From positions 96,400 through 120,399 of the forward strand of contig CALODI010000010.1 of NCBI GenBank assembly GCA_942492135.1: a stretch of DNA of 24,000 nucleotides, in the 5' to 3' direction. Under the pieces are notes generated by a model that searched no databases, was not told the origin of the DNA, and was given only the letters and a program-made list of their open reading frames with translations. Origin of the DNA: an uncultured Peptostreptococcaceae bacterium (GTDB taxonomy: Bacteria; Bacillota; Clostridia; Peptostreptococcales; Peptostreptococcaceae). The translations under genes were made by a program, and so were the position numbers. Below, piece by piece: positions 1 to 8,232 of the stretch (position 1 is its first letter; the number at the start of each line of letters is the position of its first letter).

Positions 1-53
1 ATTTTATTTACAAAAACAGACACTTTCACAGTGGAATTAAGTTGGCATGAAAT

Positions 54-82
54 TTGCTTAATATAAAGATAATTCTTAATAT
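54..82 (+). promoter_or_regulatory. candidate sigma-A promoter for the aminotransferase-iorAB-MFS operon
   Basis: TTGCTT (54-59), 17-nt spacer, TAATAT (77-82). It would give a roughly 200-nt leader before the ATG at 293. Confidence 0.3.
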
Positions 83-141
83 TCTACAAACATTTTTAAA
101 GACATCTTGGTAGGCAATTTTGATTAAAGTTAATATACTTT

Positions 142-266
142 ATCCGAAAGCTAAAAGTTCTAAAATTCGATCTGTAGGAAGAATGGAATTAAGAACTTAA
201 CAGCTTCTGGATTAGTGCAACTATAAATTCAGTTGGAATAAAAACTCCATCTGAATTAAGTTTTAC
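142..266 (+). promoter_or_regulatory. structured 5' leader with two hairpins, the second terminator-like (possible attenuator)
   Basis: Hairpin 1: atccgaaagctaaaagttct (142-161) pairs imperfectly with agaacttaacagcttctggat (192-212). Hairpin 2: aattcagttgga (226-237) pairs with tccatctgaatt (246-257) at 11 of 12 bp, followed by aagttttacttc. Confidence 0.3.
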
Positions 267-292
267 TTCATAAATATAGAGGGGTTGAAATT

Positions 293-1405
293 ATGAGTGA
301 AAATCTGTTTAGAAAAGAAGTAGCTTCTATAAAACCGTATATACCTGGAAAGTCTGTAGATGAATTAAAGAAGGAATTAGGTCTTGAAGATATTGAAAAG
401 CTCGCATCTAATGAAAATCCATTAGGTCCATCGCCTAAGGCTATCGAGGAAATAAAAAAAGAATTAGATAGTATACATATATACCCAGATCCTAACTGTA
501 CTAAGTTAAAAGATGGATTATGTGAAAAGTATAATCTAGAACATGAAAATATAGTTGTAGGTAATGGGGGAGAAGAACTTTTAAAGATAATAGCTCAAAC
601 TTTTATAAATGAAGGGGATGAGGCTATAATGGCTAATCCTACATTTGGAAAATATGCGAGTGAAGTTCTTTTTATGGGTGGAGTTGCTCACCAAATAGAG
701 CTTAAAGACTATAAACATGATTTTGAGAAATTCGTTCAAAAAATAAATGATAAAACAAAATTAATTTATGTATGTAATCCAAACAATCCAACTGGAAATA
801 TAATGACAAAAGATGATATTGAATATTTAGTAAAGAATACTCCAAAAGATGTAGTTTTAGTATTTGATGAAGCTTATTATGAGTATGCTATAAAGAATGA
901 TACGTATCCAGATTCTTTATCTATATTAAGAACAAGACCAAATACTATTATACTTAGAACATTCTCAAAGGTTGCAGGAATTGCATCTGTAAGAGTTGGG
1001 TATTTACTTACATCAAGTGAAATAGCAAGTGCTATGAATAAGATGAAGATGGTATTTCATGTTAATAGATTAGCTCAAGCTGCAGGAATAGGAGCTTTAG
1101 ATGATTCTGAGCATATAGACAAAACTGTAAAGCTTAACTATGAATGTATAGATATGATGGAAAAATACTTTGAAGAGAATGAAATGGAATATATAAAGTC
1201 TAATTCAAACTTTGTATTTGTAAATGTTGGACTTGATTCAAAGTTAGTATTTGAAGAATTACTTAAAAAAGGAATAATAGTAAGACCAGGATATCTTTGG
1301 GATTGGAAAGACTGGTTAAGAGTAAGTACAGGAACTAAAGAGCAAATTCAGAAATTCATAGATGCATTACAAGAAGTATTAAAAGCTAATAAAATACATG
1401 CTTAA
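293..1405 (+). CDS. PLP-dependent class-II aminotransferase, histidinol-phosphate/aromatic aminotransferase family
   Basis: 370-aa ORF with RBS agagggg 8 nt upstream. Family hallmarks: [10 protein letters not shown] near the N-terminus, NPNNPTG, FDEAY, and [16 protein letters not shown] (PLP lysine in SK). It lies 18 nt upstream of iorA, which suggests an arylpyruvate-forming role rather than histidine biosynthesis. Confidence 0.8.
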   Translation: MSENLFRKEVASIKPYIPGKSVDELKKELGLEDIEKLASNENPLGPSPKAIEEIKKELDSIHIYPDPNCTKLKDGLCEKYNLEHENIVVGNGGEELLKIIAQTFINEGDEAIMANPTFGKYASEVLFMGGVAHQIELKDYKHDFEKFVQKINDKTKLIYVCNPNNPTGNIMTKDDIEYLVKNTPKDVVLVFDEAYYEYAIKNDTYPDSLSILRTRPNTIILRTFSKVAGIASVRVGYLLTSSEIASAMNKMKMVFHVNRLAQAAGIGALDDSEHIDKTVKLNYECIDMMEKYFEENEMEYIKSNSNFVFVNVGLDSKLVFEELLKKGIIVRPGYLWDWKDWLRVSTGTKEQIQKFIDALQEVLKANKIHA

Positions 1406-1423
1406 ATAAGGGGGAAATTTATA

Positions 1424-3199
1424 ATGAAAAAACTTATGACAGGTAATGAAGCTATTGCTAGAGGATTTTATGAAGCAGGTGGAAGTATAGCTTGTGCTTA
1501 TCCGGGAACTCCATCTACTGAGGTACTTGAAAATGTAGCTTTATATAAAGATATATATTCTGAATGGGCTCCAAATGAGAAGGTAGCGCTTGAAGTTGCT
1601 ATAGGATCATCTATAGCAGGAGCTAGATCTTTATCTGCTATGAAGCATGTTGGAGTTAACGTTGCAGCAGATCCTCTAATGACTTTTGGTTACACTGGTG
1701 TTAATGGAGGAATGGTATTAGTATCTGCAGATGATCCTGGAATGCATTCATCTCAAAATGAGCAGGACAACAGATATTATGCTAAATTTGCTAAGATTGC
1801 AATGATAGAGCCTAGTGATTCACAAGAGGCAAAGGATTTCATGAAGGATGCTATGGAAATATCAGAAAAATTTGATGTACCTGTTTTATATAGAGTTACA
1901 ACTAGAATATGTCATTCTAAAACTTTAGTTGAATTTGGAGAAAGGGAAGAAGTTGGAATAAAGCCTTATGAGAGAAATACAGCTAAGTTTGTTGCAACTC
2001 CAGGTAATGGTAGAAAGTTACATGTTGTAGTTGAAGATAAATTAAAGAAAATGGAAGAGTTTAGTAATGAAACTCATTTAAATAGAGTAGAGTGGAACGA
2101 TAAAAAGGTGGGAGTTATAACTTCTGGTATATCTTATCAATATGCTAAAGAGGTATTTGGAGATAATGTTTCTTATCTTAAATTAGGATTTACTTATCCA
2201 CTTCCGTTTGAAAAAATAGAAAATTTTGCTAAAGAAGTAGAAACTTTATATGTAATAGAAGAACTTGAGCCATTTATAGAGGAACAATTAAAGGCTAGAG
2301 GAATCGACTGTATAGGAAAAGAAAAAATATCTAATTTAGGAGAGCTGAATCCTGATATAATAGCAAGTTCTCTTTTAGGTACAGAAAGTGAAGTTGCAGC
2401 TGCTGTTGCTGAGCTTCAAGAAGATGTAATAAATAGACCTCCAACATTATGCGCAGGATGTCCACATAGAGGATTCTTCTATACTTTATCTAAGAAAAAA
2501 AATGTAATGATTACAGGAGATATAGGATGCTATACTCTAGGATCAGCAGAACCACTTAATGCAATGGATACATGTATTTGTATGGGAGCATCTATAAGTG
2601 CTGGCCATGGAGCTCAAAAGGCATTTAATTTCCATAATGTAGATAAGAGAGTAGTGAGTGTTATAGGAGATTCAACATTCTTCCATACAGGAATATTAAG
2701 CTTAATAGATGTTGTATATAACAAAGGTAATTCCGTAACTGTAATTTTAGATAATAGAATAACTGGTATGACAGGACACCAACAAAACCCAGGAACAGGA
2801 TATACTTTAATGGGAGAAAAGACTAATCAAATAGATATACCAACTATGTGTAAAGCGATAGGAGTTAAGAATATAACTGTTGTAAATCCACTTGATTTAA
2901 AGGCTAATGAAGAAGCTTTAAACAATGCTCTTGCATGTGATGAACCATCAGTAATAATAACTCAATGGCCTTGTGTTCTTAAAAAATTCTCTCAAGAAGA
3001 TAAAGAGAGATTTGACTGCAAACCTAAGTCTTATGAGGTTAAAGAAGATAAGTGTAAACAGTGTAAGGTATGCTTAAAATCAGGATGTCCAGCAATATCA
3101 TTTGATGAATATGCTAAGATAGATAAAAATATGTGTGTTGGATGTAGTGTATGTGCTCAAGTATGTCCATTTGATGCTATAGAAAAGGTTGGTGAATAA
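1424..3199 (+). CDS. iorA: indolepyruvate:ferredoxin oxidoreductase, alpha subunit (TPP-binding, two C-terminal 4Fe-4S motifs)
   Basis: 591 aa. N-terminal MTGNEAIARG...GYPGTPSTE pyruvate:ferredoxin oxidoreductase-like domain, TPP motif GDIGCYTLG...GDSTFFHTG, and C-terminal CKQCKVCLKSGCP and CVGCSVCAQVCP ferredoxin motifs. Confidence 0.85.
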   Translation: MKKLMTGNEAIARGFYEAGGSIACAYPGTPSTEVLENVALYKDIYSEWAPNEKVALEVAIGSSIAGARSLSAMKHVGVNVAADPLMTFGYTGVNGGMVLVSADDPGMHSSQNEQDNRYYAKFAKIAMIEPSDSQEAKDFMKDAMEISEKFDVPVLYRVTTRICHSKTLVEFGEREEVGIKPYERNTAKFVATPGNGRKLHVVVEDKLKKMEEFSNETHLNRVEWNDKKVGVITSGISYQYAKEVFGDNVSYLKLGFTYPLPFEKIENFAKEVETLYVIEELEPFIEEQLKARGIDCIGKEKISNLGELNPDIIASSLLGTESEVAAAVAELQEDVINRPPTLCAGCPHRGFFYTLSKKKNVMITGDIGCYTLGSAEPLNAMDTCICMGASISAGHGAQKAFNFHNVDKRVVSVIGDSTFFHTGILSLIDVVYNKGNSVTVILDNRITGMTGHQQNPGTGYTLMGEKTNQIDIPTMCKAIGVKNITVVNPLDLKANEEALNNALACDEPSVIITQWPCVLKKFSQEDKERFDCKPKSYEVKEDKCKQCKVCLKSGCPAISFDEYAKIDKNMCVGCSVCAQVCPFDAIEKVGE

Positions 3200-3200
3200 T

Positions 3201-3797
3201 ATGTGTAAGGTAAACAATGTTTTATTAGTAGGAGTTGGAGGACAAGGAATAATACTAGCTTCAAAGGTATTATCAAGTGGATTAATAGACTCAGGCTATG
3301 ATGTTAAAATGTCTGAGGTTCATGGTATGGCTCAAAGAGGTGGAAGTGTTACAACTCAAGTAAGATATGGAGAAAAAGTATATTCACCTATAATAGGAAA
3401 AGGTCAAGCTGATATAATTGTTGCATTTGAAAGAGTAGAGGCTTTAAGATGGTTAGAGTATTTAAAGCCAGGTGGAAAGATTGTAATAAATGATTACGCT
3501 ATTCCATCAGCAACTGTTTTATCAGGAAAAGAAGCATATCCAGAAAATATAATTGAAAAGATAGAAGCTAAGTATGATGATGTATCAGTTATAGATGCAG
3601 CTAACGAAGCTATAGAACTTGGAAATATAAAAGCTCAAAATATAATAATGCTTGGTGGACTTATTAAGTCACTGGGAATTGAAGAAATAGATTGGGATAA
3701 GGCATTAAAAGATAATGTTAAAGAAAAATTCGTAGAGTTAAACATGAAGGCTATTAAAAAAGGTCTTGAAAGTGGATTAAAAGAGAAAGCATTATAG
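3201..3797 (+). CDS. iorB: indolepyruvate:ferredoxin oxidoreductase, beta subunit
   Basis: The track ORF starts at TTG 3189. ATG 3201 (MCKVNNVLLVGVGGQGI...) is preferred because GGTG lies 6 nt upstream. Small gamma-domain-like subunit with GVGGQG and HGMAQRGGSV motifs, placed directly after the iorA stop (3197-3199). Confidence 0.8.
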   Translation: MCKVNNVLLVGVGGQGIILASKVLSSGLIDSGYDVKMSEVHGMAQRGGSVTTQVRYGEKVYSPIIGKGQADIIVAFERVEALRWLEYLKPGGKIVINDYAIPSATVLSGKEAYPENIIEKIEAKYDDVSVIDAANEAIELGNIKAQNIIMLGGLIKSLGIEEIDWDKALKDNVKEKFVELNMKAIKKGLESGLKEKAL

Positions 3798-3810
3798 AAT
3801 TATATATAAA

Positions 3811-3846
3811 TTGTGTGGCTTTATAAAGGTCACACAATTTATTTCT
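3811..3846 (+). terminator. rho-independent terminator or attenuator after iorB
   Basis: ttgtgtg (3811-3817) pairs with cacacaa (3831-3837), followed by tttatttct. Confidence 0.5.
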
Positions 3847-3875
3847 ATACAGACAAAATAGAGAGGGGCTTTTAT

Positions 3876-5198
3876 ATGGCAAGCTTTAATGAGGCAAAAA
3901 CTTGTGATATTTTGGATAAAAGCAAGGTCGACAAAATGATGAAATACAGGTGGATTGTATGGGGAGTACTTGCGTTTGCATATATTATAGTATTTTTTCA
4001 TAGATTAGCACCTGGAGTTGTTAAGGATGATTTGATAAATGAATTTAATATTTCAGGAACTACATTTGCAAATTTAGGAGGTATGTATTTTTACGCTTAT
4101 ATGATAATGCAAATTCCAGCTGGAATGTTAGCAGATTCATTAGGTGCTAGAAAGACTGTATCTATAGGGGTTTTATTATCGGGAATAGGGTCTATTTTAT
4201 TTGGAATGGCTCCTACTATATTTTGGGCATTTGCAGGAAGGTTACTTGTTGGTGTAGGGGTATCTGTTGTATTCGTACCGATACTTAAGATACAGTCTGT
4301 TTGGTTTAAGGAAAGTGAATTTGGTATAATGTCTGGTATTACTTCTTTTGCAGGGAATTTAGGTGGAATAATAGCTCAAACTCCTCTTGCTCTACTTGTT
4401 GCAGCTATAACTTGGAGAAGTTCATTCGTTGTTATGGGTGTTTTTTCTATAATAATAAGTGTACTTTGTTATATGATAGTTAGAAATGATCCTAAAGATA
4501 TGGGATATCCATCTATAGCTGAGATAGAAGGTAAAGGTATAAAGCATGTTAATAAAACTAAGGTGAATATGAAAAAGGCAGTTATACAGGTTATGCTTAA
4601 TCCTGGAACTTGGCCGGGATTCTTTATATTTGCAGGATGTTTTGGTGCATTTGTTTCATTGACTGGAGCATGGGGAAATGGGTATATAACGGATGTATAT
4701 AATGTATCTAAGATACAAGCTTCTAATTATATGATACTTCCTGTTTTAGGACTAGCTATTGGAAGTATATTTATTGGAGTTATTTCTGATAAGATGAGAA
4801 AAAGAAAGACTCCTATGATGATGTTTGGAACTGTTTATTTACTGTGTTGGGCTACTATTGCTTTTGGAGGAAGACTTGATACTAATGTCTTAAAGGTTGT
4901 GTTGTTTACGTTAGGTTTTACTTGTTCTACATTTGTACTTGGATGGGCTTGTGCAAAAGAGGTAAACCAACCAGAAATAGCGGGTATATCAACGTCTATT
5001 GTTAATATAGGAGGGATTTTTGGAGCTGCTATTATGCCATCTATACTTGGAGGAATTTTTGATAAATATGGAGCTACTTTAGTTAGTGTTGACCTTTATG
5101 GTAAGGCATTTATGTATTGCTTTTTGAGTGCTCTTGTAGGGTATGTGTTTGTATTTTTGGTTAAGGAAACTAATTGTAGGAATATATATTCTAAGTGA
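3876..5198 (+). CDS. MFS transporter (12-TM type, anion/organic-acid permease-like)
   Basis: The track ORF begins at GTG 3813, inside the terminator hairpin. ATG 3876 (MASFNEAKT...) has RBS gagagggg at 3861-3868. The sequence is highly hydrophobic with a typical MFS loop motif (GMLADSLGARKT). Confidence 0.8.
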   Translation: MASFNEAKTCDILDKSKVDKMMKYRWIVWGVLAFAYIIVFFHRLAPGVVKDDLINEFNISGTTFANLGGMYFYAYMIMQIPAGMLADSLGARKTVSIGVLLSGIGSILFGMAPTIFWAFAGRLLVGVGVSVVFVPILKIQSVWFKESEFGIMSGITSFAGNLGGIIAQTPLALLVAAITWRSSFVVMGVFSIIISVLCYMIVRNDPKDMGYPSIAEIEGKGIKHVNKTKVNMKKAVIQVMLNPGTWPGFFIFAGCFGAFVSLTGAWGNGYITDVYNVSKIQASNYMILPVLGLAIGSIFIGVISDKMRKRKTPMMMFGTVYLLCWATIAFGGRLDTNVLKVVLFTLGFTCSTFVLGWACAKEVNQPEIAGISTSIVNIGGIFGAAIMPSILGGIFDKYGATLVSVDLYGKAFMYCFLSALVGYVFVFLVKETNCRNIYSK

Positions 5199-5231
5199 TT
5201 TTTTTAAGAAGATTATATGGTGGTTAAGCCC

Positions 5232-5432
5232 AAAATAAGGCTTATTAAAATACCGTGAATGTGTTAAATGTTTTTAATAAAACTAAGTATTACATCTTAT
5301 TGAATATCCTAAAAGTTCTAAACTCCCGTTGGTCAGACAACGAACTTTCTTAACGGATATTCAAAAGATGCAATACAAGTTTTATACAAAAATATTTAAA
5401 TCATTCACTAACATTTTAATAAGCCTTATTTT
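5232..5432 (+). repeat. long-hairpin repeat, copy A (about 200 bp imperfect palindrome followed by a T-run)
   Basis: The left arm aaaataaggcttattaaaataccgtgaatg... is complementary to the right arm ...cattcactaacattttaataagccttatttt over about 70 bp per arm. Apical region: cctaaaagttctaaactcccgttggtcagacaacgaactttcttaacgg. Homologous copies lie at 10688-10883 and 12244-12452. Confidence 0.8.
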
Positions 5433-5524
5433 TTTAGTTAGGTACTTAGATGTTTGTGAATACAGATTGAAATTTACCAACCTCAAATTTGAGAAAAATC
5501 TTTGAAAGTATTGAAAAACAGAGG

Positions 5525-5554
5525 TTTACAAAGGATGTTTTTTAGAGTTATAAT
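5525..5554 (+). promoter_or_regulatory. candidate sigma-A promoter driving the omega-RNA/iscB transcript
   Basis: TTTACA (5525-5530), 18-nt spacer, TATAAT (5549-5554). Confidence 0.45.
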
Positions 5555-5559
5555 TATAT

Positions 5560-5845
5560 GTGAAGAGGCATTCTACTCTCTTTAACTGTAACATGAGATG
5601 TATGTCAATAACCTACCGCTTACAACCTAAAGGTTGTTGAAGTGGGGGCTTGTAAAAGCTCTTATTGTCTAGACTAAGCCTTAATTGGCTACATTAGAAT
5701 AGTTATGATAACTTTGTATGATACCCTAGTACATTTTGTTATCAAGGCTCTGTAAACAGCTTTCATGGGAGGAAGCAGTCAACCTTATGTAAGAAGCTAT
5801 TCTAATATTGTCTAAGGGTAACTACTCTGAAAGGAGGAATACTTT
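5560..5845 (+). ncRNA. candidate omega-RNA (IscB guide/scaffold RNA); boundaries approximate
   Basis: A stretch of about 285 nt with no ORF immediately 5' of iscB, where IscB omega-RNAs are encoded. Nested helices are visible: attagaatag (5692-5701) with ctattctaat (5797-5806); gataac/gttatc hairpin (about 5705-5745); caacc-taaa-ggttg; gctt-gtaa-aagc; ctg-taaa-cag. Confidence 0.5.
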
Positions 5846-7165
5846 ATCTTAGTATTCGTAATCAATAAGAATGGCAATCCTTTAATGCCATGTAAACAAT
5901 CAAAAGCTAGAAAACTATTGAAGCAAAATAAAGCTAAAATAATAAATTATAAACCATTTACCATACAACTTTTATATGGTTGTAGTGGATACAAGCAACC
6001 TATAGAAATAGGAATAGATAGTGGATCTAAATATATAGGAATAGCTATTACAAGTGAAGATAAAGTATTGTCTAAAGGAATTATTCAGCTTAGAACTGAT
6101 GTAAAAGAACTTCTAATTACTCGTAGAATACTTAGGAGAAGTAGAAGGAATCGCAAAACTCGTTATAGAAGATGCAAATTCAAATATAAAACTACTAGAA
6201 AATATAATCCTAAAAAGAAAAAGTGGGTTAAGCATAAGTTTTCTTTTAAAAGTAATCGCATTGAAGAATGGTTACCACCTTCAATACAAAGTCGAATAGA
6301 TAATCAAATACTTTGGATTAATAAGTTTATAAAACTTGTACCTAATCCTAAAGTAATTATTGAGTTAGGCAAATTTGATGTCCAAAAGATAATTAATCCA
6401 AATATTACAGGTGAACAATATCAACAAGGAAAATCCTATGGATTCTACAATTTTAGATATTATGTGTTTGCTAGAGATAATTACAAATGTCAAATTTGTA
6501 AAGGTAAAAGTAAAGATGATATATTACAAACACATCATATAATTCAGCGAAAAGATGGAGGCTCTGATAGAGCTGAAAACTTGGCTACAGTATGTATGAC
6601 TTGCCATTCGGATTTTCATGCTGGCAAGATAAATTATAAATTTAAAAAACCTAAGCAGTATAAAGAAACTACTTTTATGAATATACTTAGAAGGAAAATA
6701 CTCAAAAGACTTGATTGTGATGTTACCTACGGTAATATTACAACATCAAATAGAAAAGCCTTAGAATTGGATAAAACACATTATAATGATGCAATTGCTA
6801 TTAGTGGAATTGTAAATATAAAAGATAATTCTAATGTTATCTTTTATATAAAACAGTTCAGAAAGAAAAAAAGATCTTTGCATGAATCTACTGCTCGAAA
6901 GGGTAGAAAAACAAAGAATACAATTTCTAAAAGAAATGAGAAAAATACTAAATTTTCAAAGGGGTTCTACCTTAATGATAAGGTAAAAGTCTTTAAAAAA
7001 GTAGGGTTTATAAGTGGCTTTTGTAAAGGTGGAGTTTATATAAAAGATATAGAAGGCAACTATATAACAATGTCTGGAAAGAATTATAAACAAGTAAGCT
7101 TTAAAAATATAGAAGTTATAAACCATAATAATAATTGGCAATTTATACAAAGTATAAGTGCATAG
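5846..7165 (+). CDS. iscB: IscB-type RNA-guided nuclease (PLMP, split RuvC with inserted HNH, C-terminal beta-rich domain)
   Basis: Motifs seen: (I)LVFVINKNGNPLMPC...PFTIQL (PLMP domain), GIDSGSKYIG (RuvC-I Asp), RRSRRNRKTRYRR (Arg-rich bridge helix), VIIELGKFD (RuvC-II Glu), CQIC...HHIIQRKDGGSDRAENLATVCMTCHSDFH (HNH) and HYNDAIAI (RuvC-III). The start is set at ATC 5846, 8 nt after AAGGAGG (5831-5837). The first ATG at 5885 would remove the conserved N-terminal strand and has no RBS. Confidence 0.85.
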   Translation: MLVFVINKNGNPLMPCKQSKARKLLKQNKAKIINYKPFTIQLLYGCSGYKQPIEIGIDSGSKYIGIAITSEDKVLSKGIIQLRTDVKELLITRRILRRSRRNRKTRYRRCKFKYKTTRKYNPKKKKWVKHKFSFKSNRIEEWLPPSIQSRIDNQILWINKFIKLVPNPKVIIELGKFDVQKIINPNITGEQYQQGKSYGFYNFRYYVFARDNYKCQICKGKSKDDILQTHHIIQRKDGGSDRAENLATVCMTCHSDFHAGKINYKFKKPKQYKETTFMNILRRKILKRLDCDVTYGNITTSNRKALELDKTHYNDAIAISGIVNIKDNSNVIFYIKQFRKKKRSLHESTARKGRKTKNTISKRNEKNTKFSKGFYLNDKVKVFKKVGFISGFCKGGVYIKDIEGNYITMSGKNYKQVSFKNIEVINHNNNWQFIQSISA

Positions 7166-7233
7166 AAATTCAGCCCACCACCTATTTTATTGAGGCTGGA
7201 GACGTAGTGATAATATAGGCTAACTATTAGAAG

Positions 7234-7259
7234 AAAAGGACTTTTTATAAGTCTTTTTT
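7234..7259 (+). terminator. weak terminator-like hairpin downstream of iscB
   Basis: gactt (7238-7242) pairs with aagtc (7248-7252), flanked by an A-run and a T-run (tctttttt). Confidence 0.3.
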
Positions 7260-7366
7260 GTGTGTGAGGTATTTTGCTGAGCCGATGGGTTGAAAGAAAA
7301 CTTCTCGCCTAAATAATGGGATAATAAGTTATAAGCAAGGACGTTTTTGATGACAAAAGTACCTAA

Positions 7367-7489
7367 AGTAAGCTGATGAAAGGTGTTGGAATGGAACGAG
7401 AGATTATGAGTAAAGGTATTATAATAGTACGTTATGCTGATGATAGTTCGTCACGAAGTAGGAGCCAATCAACTAGAATGGTTGTTTGA
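7367..7489 (+). pseudogene. fragment of a group II intron/retroelement reverse transcriptase (YADD motif region)
   Basis: A short frame reads ...EREIMSKGIIIVRYADDSS... with RYADD at 7430-7444. There is no start or full-length ORF, and the flanks are stop-rich. GTGTG at 7261 resembles a group II 5' end, but this is not compelling. Confidence 0.4.
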
Positions 7490-7834
7490 AGATAGCTATG
7501 CTATACAGATGATGCCTATGGAGGGTATACCACAAAACACAAATAAACCTAAAGAATTAAAGTGAGGTATTAAGGAACATGATAAATAAAAGAAATGTTA
7601 TAGATATAATTTCTAAAGAAACGCAAGGGAAAAGATATAAATCACATAGATATTGTCATGATGTGATAAGCTCTTCTGCAATAGAATATGAAGAAGAGTG
7701 AGAGGTTGTTTGGAAAAAATTGGTGAAACAACTAAACATCAAAAGCCAAGTGTGTTGATTATGAAAAATTTTCTATAAAGATTATCAGCACACAACTTCC
7801 TTATAAATTGAATTAATGATAATTTAGTATATTT

Positions 7835-8212
7835 CTATCGTTTAGATGTTTCTGCATGTGTGAAATACAAAATAATATATGCTATTAATGCAGAAAAAAG
7901 TTGATTATATACAGCGTTTTCACTTGTTCCAAAGAATCTTTTCGCATTTAGATTTTGTTTTATAAATCTAAAAAAAGTCTCCACTTTCCAACGTTCTTTA
8001 TAAATATTGGCAATAGTTTCTTCAACTTGTGATGGTATCGTTTGAGTTACATTTAAAGCTAGATGAAGTTTTATGCCTGATTTTTCCCTCTTAAATTTAG
8101 CCCATTTGATACGGTTTTTTCCTACTGTAACAGTAGTAGAATCAATAGCTAATAAATCTTTAGGAAGATTCAAAGCTCTTTTTGTTGCACGATTACATTT
8201 GTCTGAAAGCAT
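7835..8212 (-). pseudogene. IS4-family (DDE_Tnp_1) transposase remnant, N-terminally truncated and internally deleted
   Basis: The 125-aa ORF contains LAIDSTT (first DDE Asp region) joined almost directly to YKERWKVETFFRFIK, which matches the Y-2-R-3-E-6-K signature. The segment carrying the second Asp is missing. Confidence 0.6.
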
Positions 8213-8232
8213 ATGAAAAAGCTTTTTGGTAA

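Noticed and set aside
1-292. T-box or other known riboswitch upstream of the aminotransferase
   Set aside because: I found no T-box sequence (GGTGG.ACC-type), specifier-loop context or other riboswitch signature. Only generic hairpins are present, reported as a low-confidence leader.
3792-4001. 69-aa minus-strand ORF overlapping the iorB end and the MFS start
   Set aside because: It lies antisense to well-supported genes and a terminator. The low-complexity AT-driven sequence has no RBS, so it is a typical shadow ORF.
6956-7150. 64-aa minus-strand ORF inside iscB
   Set aside because: Antisense shadow ORF in AT-rich coding sequence (Ile/Phe/Tyr/Lys-rich), with no independent signal.
7261-7366. 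GTGTG at 7261 as the 5' splice-site end of a group II intron
   Set aside because: I saw no domain V/VI-like sequence or intact intron-encoded protein, so only the RT fragment is annotated.
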